A stretch of 64,000 nucleotides of DNA from Bacteroidales bacterium (lineage in GTDB: Bacteria; Bacteroidota; Bacteroidia; Bacteroidales; WCHB1-69). Of the stretch, positions 26,001-32,000 are shown in pieces. The stretch covers positions 59,467-123,466 of the forward strand of contig JAZQOJ010000201.1 in assembly GCA_045627805.1 (NCBI GenBank), in the 5' to 3' direction. The translations under genes and the position numbers were made by a program. The notes under the pieces were generated by a model, which did not search any database, was not told where the DNA came from, and worked only from the letters and a program-made list of their open reading frames with translations. Position 1 is the stretch's first letter, and the number at the start of each line of letters is the position of its first letter.

Positions 26001-29000
26001 CTGCGTAGGCGGCGAAGTGACTGTTTCTGCTCACTTGAACAACTACAATGTTGAAGGTTTGACTTATCAGTGGTTAGCTAATGGCGACACCATCGAAGGT
26101 GCTAACGAAGCTACTTATACTACTGTTCTTGATTCTACTACTACCTTCGAAGTTCTCGTTGCTCAACCCACCACTTCTTGTATCTCACGTAGCACTGTTG
26201 ACGTGAATGTACACGCTGATCCTACTGTAACCGTTGCCATCTCTGACGCAGACACCAACGTTTGCGAGGGTGGTCAGTTCACGTTGACTGCTACTGCTAC
26301 TTATGATGCAGTACTCGGTACTCCGGTTTACACTTGGTTCAGAAATGGTGTTGAAATCGTTAACGCTACTGAAGCTACTCTGACAGAATCTCCTGTTACT
26401 GTTGATGGTGACATCACCAACTATAGTTACGAAGTTCTCGTTACTTTGACTGCTAGCGGTTGTCAATCTGTTATTACTGATAGCTCTGCTTTGGATGTAC
26501 ACGTTTATCCGAACAGCACTGTTCAGATTTCAGGTGACCCGATTATCTGTGGCGCTGGTGCTAATAGCGTAGCCACCACTCTGACTGCTAACTTGAACGA
26601 TACTGTTACTGATGTTGATGGTTATACTTTCGAATGGAGATTGTTTAACAGTACGCTTACTTCTGCTGATGCTAGTGTTGTTAGCGGTGTTGAAACTGCT
26701 GAACTTACCTACAATTTGGCTGTTAGCGATAATCCGTACATCTTCACAGTTATCGTTCGTAACCCGAATGGTTGTACGACTGAAAGCGCACCGTTCTACG
26801 TATACGTTAACGATACTGCTGACATCAACGTTACTGCTAACGAATATGATGTTTGCGAAGGTGGTCAGGTTACTTTCACCGCTAACATTGGTGACTACAA
26901 TATGCCGAACTTGACTTATCAGTGGTTCGCTGGTGACACTACCAATGCTATTGCTGGTGCTACCCAGTCCACCTATACTACCACGTTTGACACTGCAGCT
27001 GATTATACCTATATTGTTAGAGTTTATCAGCCCACTTCAAATTGCGTAGCTTACGGTGAAAATACTGTTACTGTTCACGCTGATCCTACTGTTACGGTTG
27101 CTATCAGTGATAACGACACCACTATCTGTGAAGGCGGTGAGTTTACTTTGACTGCTACTGCTACTTACGATAGCGAGCTTGGTACTCCTGTTTATACTTG
27201 GTTCAGAAATGGTGTTGCAATCGCTAATGCTACTGAAGCTACTTTGACTGAATCACCTGTGACTATTAATGGTGACGTTACTACTTATACTTATGAAGTA
27301 TTGGTTACCCTCGCTCAAAGCGGTTGTCAGTCAGTCATCAATGCTGCTTCTACAATGAATGTTACTGTTCTTGCTAACCCGTCAGTTGAAATCGCTGGTG
27401 ACCATAATATCTGTGGTAACGGCGCTGGTGCTGACCACGTTATCTTGACTGCTAACGTAAATGATACTGTTGCTGATGTTGACGGCTTCACCTATGAATG
27501 GAGACTCTTCAACACCACGGTTGGTACAGATAATACTATTGACACTGTCCTCCCGAGCAACGATGAACCTTATGTCTTCACGGTAATCGTTCGCAACGAA
27601 AATGGTTGCACCACGACGAGTGCGCCGTTCGAAGTATTGGTTAACGAACCTGTTGTTGTGACTGCTCTTACTACGGAAGCTGACATCTGCGAAGGTGGTA
27701 ATGTTACCGTAAGCGCACATCTCGACAATTACAATGTTGGTGGTCTTACCTATCAGTGGGTTGCTAATGGCGACACCATCGAAGGTGCTAATGAAGCCAC
27801 TTACACTACCAGCTTGGATGCTACTACTACCTTCGAAGTTATCGTTGAACAGCCGACTACCTCTTGCATCAGCAATGCAGAAGTGACTGTTAACGTACAT
27901 CCGGATCCTGTTGTTACCGTTGCTATCAGCGATGATGACAATACAATCTGTGAAGGTGGTGAATTCACCCTGACTGCTACTGCTACTTATGATGACGTTC
28001 TTGGTGATGTAACCTATACTTGGACCAGAAACGGTGTTGTTATCGCAGGTGCTAACGGTGCTCAGTTGCACGAATCTCAGGTTACTGTTGACAACGATCT
28101 TACTACTATTACTTACACGGTTAAGGCAACTTTGACTGCCAGCGGTTGTGAATCAGTTATTACTGATGCTTCTACTATGGTTGTTACGGTTGTTCCTGCT
28201 CCGAGCATCGTAATTGCTGGTGATCCTGTTATCTGTGGTTCAGGTGCTGCTGCTACTACTGTTCAGTTGACTGCTAATGTTAATGACACGAGTGCAATGG
28301 TTGACGGCTTCGAATATGAATGGAGACTGTTCAACAACACTTTGTCCGCTTACACTACCAACGAACTCAATATGCAACTTGCTCCGAGCGTTGATCCTTA
28401 CATCTTCACTGTTGTTCTGCACAATGAAAATGGTTGTTCTACCACAAGCGCTGATTACAGTGTAATGGTTAACGCTGCTCCTGAAGTTGTCATTACTGCT
28501 TCTGAATCTGACATCTGCGAAGGTGGTCAGACTACCTTGACTGCTACTTTGAACGATTACAACACTGAAGCTCTGACTTATCAGTGGCAATTGAATGGTG
28601 TTGATATCGCTGGTGCTACTCAAGCTACTTATACTACTCCGGCTACCTTACTTGATGGTAACTATGAATACACTGTTATCGTAAGACAGACCACATCTGA
28701 CTGCGTATCATCTGACGTTTACAATGTGACTGTCCACGCTAACCCGGTTATCGCAGGTATCACTGTTAGCAACGACTTTATCTGTGATGGTGGTCAGGTT
28801 GTGGTTACTGCTACTGGCAATTATGACACTGAACTCGGTGCTGCTACCTACACTTGGTACAGAAATGGCATCGAACTTGAAGGTGTAACTGCTAACACGT
28901 TTGTTGATTATCCGACTGTTGTTGATGATCAAACCACGTTCACTTACAGTGCAGTTGTTACCTTAGCTGCTAGCGGTTGTACTTCTGCTGCTGCCTATGC

Positions 29001-32000
29001 TCCTGTTGTAACTGTTAATCCTCACGCTACTATCACTGTTGCAAGTGAAGGTTCTCTCACCGTTTGCGAAGGTGGTGATGTTACCTTGACTGCTAACGTG
29101 GATCCTGCTGGTACCTATGATTATCAGTGGTACATTGATAATGTAGAAGCTGGTCATAACAGCAACGTATTCGTTGCTCAGGGCCTCTCTGCTCGTGAAA
29201 CACCTTATATGGTACACGTTGTCGCTACTGGTGCTGCTGGTTGCATCACCTCTACAATGAACGACGCTGTAGCTATCAATGTGGTTGCTGATCCTATCGT
29301 TACCTTGGTTGATGCTGCTAATGCTGGTGCTTCTACCGTATGTGTTGGTGGTACTGCTACGCTGACTGCTTCCTTCGAAGGTGGCGTTGCTTCAATCAAT
29401 GGTATGGGTGCTCCTACTTACACTTGGTTCAACAATGGTGAGCAAGTTGGCACGGGTAGCACTTATGTAATCCCGACTGACCTTGCCGCTGGTTCATACA
29501 ACTACACTGTTGTTATGTCCTTCACTGACAATGCTTATGGCTGCGATGTGAATACCGCTGTTCAGGGTAATACTGGTGTTTACAACTTCACAGTTGTTGA
29601 CGAACCTGTTCCGTTCATTGCTATTAATGTTGATAATGACTCTATTGTATGCGAAGGTGGTCACACTGCTCTCTATGTACATCATATTGATGGTGGTATC
29701 GCTGGTGCTCAATACGAATATCAATGGTATCGCAATGGAATTATGCTGGCCGGTGAAACGAGCGAAACTTTGACCACGGCTGCTGATTTGGTTGCTAACA
29801 ACTACGAATACTATGTAACTGTTCGCAATGCTGAAGTTGCTTGTGAAGGTACTTCTAACACGATTACTATTCCGGTGGTTGCAGTTCCCGTTGCTACAAT
29901 CAGTGGTGCAGCTAATGTATGTGTTGGTGGTAATGTTACCTTGACCGCTTCCGTTGACAACACCTATGGCGCTGATGTTACTTATCAGTGGAATAGAAAC
30001 GGCGAAGCTATCAGTGGTGCTACTGAATCAACTTATACTACTGATGTGAATCTCGAAGCTGGTTCTTACAATTACACTGTAACTGTTATGAATCCGTTGA
30101 CTGGTTGCAATACGACTTCAGGTGCTGTTGCTGCTAATGTAGTTGCTGATCCTACTGTAGTAGTTCTTGGTGCAGCTGACGTATGCGAAGGTGGTACGAT
30201 CACTCTCGTTGCTGACGTTGCTGAAACCGTTGCTGGTGCTGCTTATGATTACGCTTGGTATAGAAATGGTGTTCAGGTTGGTGACAATGCTAACACCTAT
30301 ACTACTGACGCTACTCTTGCAGCTGGTACCTATAATTACAATGTAGTTATCACACCTTCAGACTTGATGGGTTGCAATGCTACTTCTGCAATGGTACAAT
30401 CAACTGTTATCGACCTTCCGGAAGTTACCATCTCTGGTGCTGCTAATGAAGTTTGTGAAGGCGGTAGCGTAGTACTGAATGCTAACGTACAGCCCACTGG
30501 CACTTACAACTACATTTGGTACGTTGATGGTCAGGTGTTGAATACTATGAATACTGCTACCGTTGCTACGGATGCTACCTTGGCTCAAGGTACTTATACC
30601 TATAGCGTTGAAGTTTGGAATAACGAGTATGACAACACTTGTAGAGCTACTGCTCAGTTTGACTACACCGTTGTTGCTGAACCTTCTATTGACAGCATTA
30701 TTACCTCACTTGACAACAACCAGATGTGTGTGGGTGGCAATGTTACCTTGACCGCTTTGATGAGCAATGGTACCACCGCTGCTAATAACAACGTACAGTA
30801 CTTCTGGAAGAAGAACGGTGTGGCTATTAATGGTGCTAACAGCGCTACTCTCACCGAAAACCTGAATGTTGCTGGTACCTATACTTACACTGTATATGCT
30901 ACTCAGACCAACGGTGCTTACACCACTGGTTGCCAGTCTGATGAAATGGAGGTTGTGATTGAAGTTCTTGATCAGCCGTTCGTAGCTATTCATCATGAAG
31001 GTCAGTTGCAGGTTTGCCAGGGTGGTTATGTTGAACTCAATGCTATCGTTGAAGGTGGTGTTGGTGAACCTACCATCGTTTGGAGACGCAATGGTGCTCG
31101 TATCTCTGCTTATGATAACTTGAGCACTATTACCACGGATGTCAATGACTTGGTTGGTAATTATACTTACTCAGTTAATGTCAATTATCCTGTTGCTTCT
31201 GGTTGCAGCGCAAGCTCAGATGAAGTTACGGTTAGCGTTCTTTACCAGCCCGTATGGGGTCAGACAGTTGTTTCTTCTGCTGATTTGTGCCAGGATGAGA
31301 CTGTTTACTTGACTGCTACTGTATCAGGTGGCATTGAAGATGCAAATCACCAGACTGGTTCTTACATCCAGTGGGTTGTTGCACCTGCTGATGATCAGAA
31401 CAACGTCAGCAATGTTGCTGGTGGTCTTGGCGGTCAGTCCTATGACATTGTGAATGTGGCTGGTAACTATATTTACTACCCGATCTATGTTGCTCCTGCT
31501 AATACTAACTGCTACCCGAACAATACTCCTAACGCTCATACTGTAGCTGTCCACGAACATCCTACTGCTACTATGACCCTTGGTAATGGTTCTGACATCA
31601 TTTGCTGGAACGACGGCGATGATAACGCTCAGTTGAACATCACCTTCCAAGGTACTGCTCCGTTCCACTTCTTCTTGCAGGATATGCGTACCAACGAAAT
31701 TTTCGAACACAATACGAATAGCAACCACTTCTCACTTGATGTTACTCCGGAATCTACTACTACTTATCAGATCTTCCAGTTGAGCGACAGATATTGCGAG
31801 GGTGAAGTTTTGAACACTGCTACTGTCACCGTAGTTGTATCACAATTCGAATTGCTTGTTGATAGCGTTGCAATCTGTCCTGAGGGAGATTATCCGACTG
31901 CTACCTTCACGTTCAACAATTCGACTGTGAACGACGACCGCGACACCGTATGGTTCGAAATCGTTGATTACAACAACATCGGCTTCGATTATCAATTCGG

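Larger units (their letters stand above)
10471..28731 (+). repeat. In-frame array of about 20 three-module (A-B-C) super-repeats, period about 810-865 bp
   Basis: A fixed module order recurs: A (xTWYRNGxxIxGV...SGC), B (NPTVxIxGDxxIC...VND...YxWxLxN...GC...YVND) and C (ICxGGxVTxTANLGDYNxxNLxYxWY...GAT...QTxSxC). Boundaries are approximate. Confidence 0.8.

Noticed and set aside
10471-28731. Regularly spaced repeats that might suggest a CRISPR array or a satellite.
   Set aside because: The period is ~810-865 bp rather than 60-75 bp. The repeats are in-frame protein modules within one ORF, and there are no short direct repeats with unique spacers and no cas genes.
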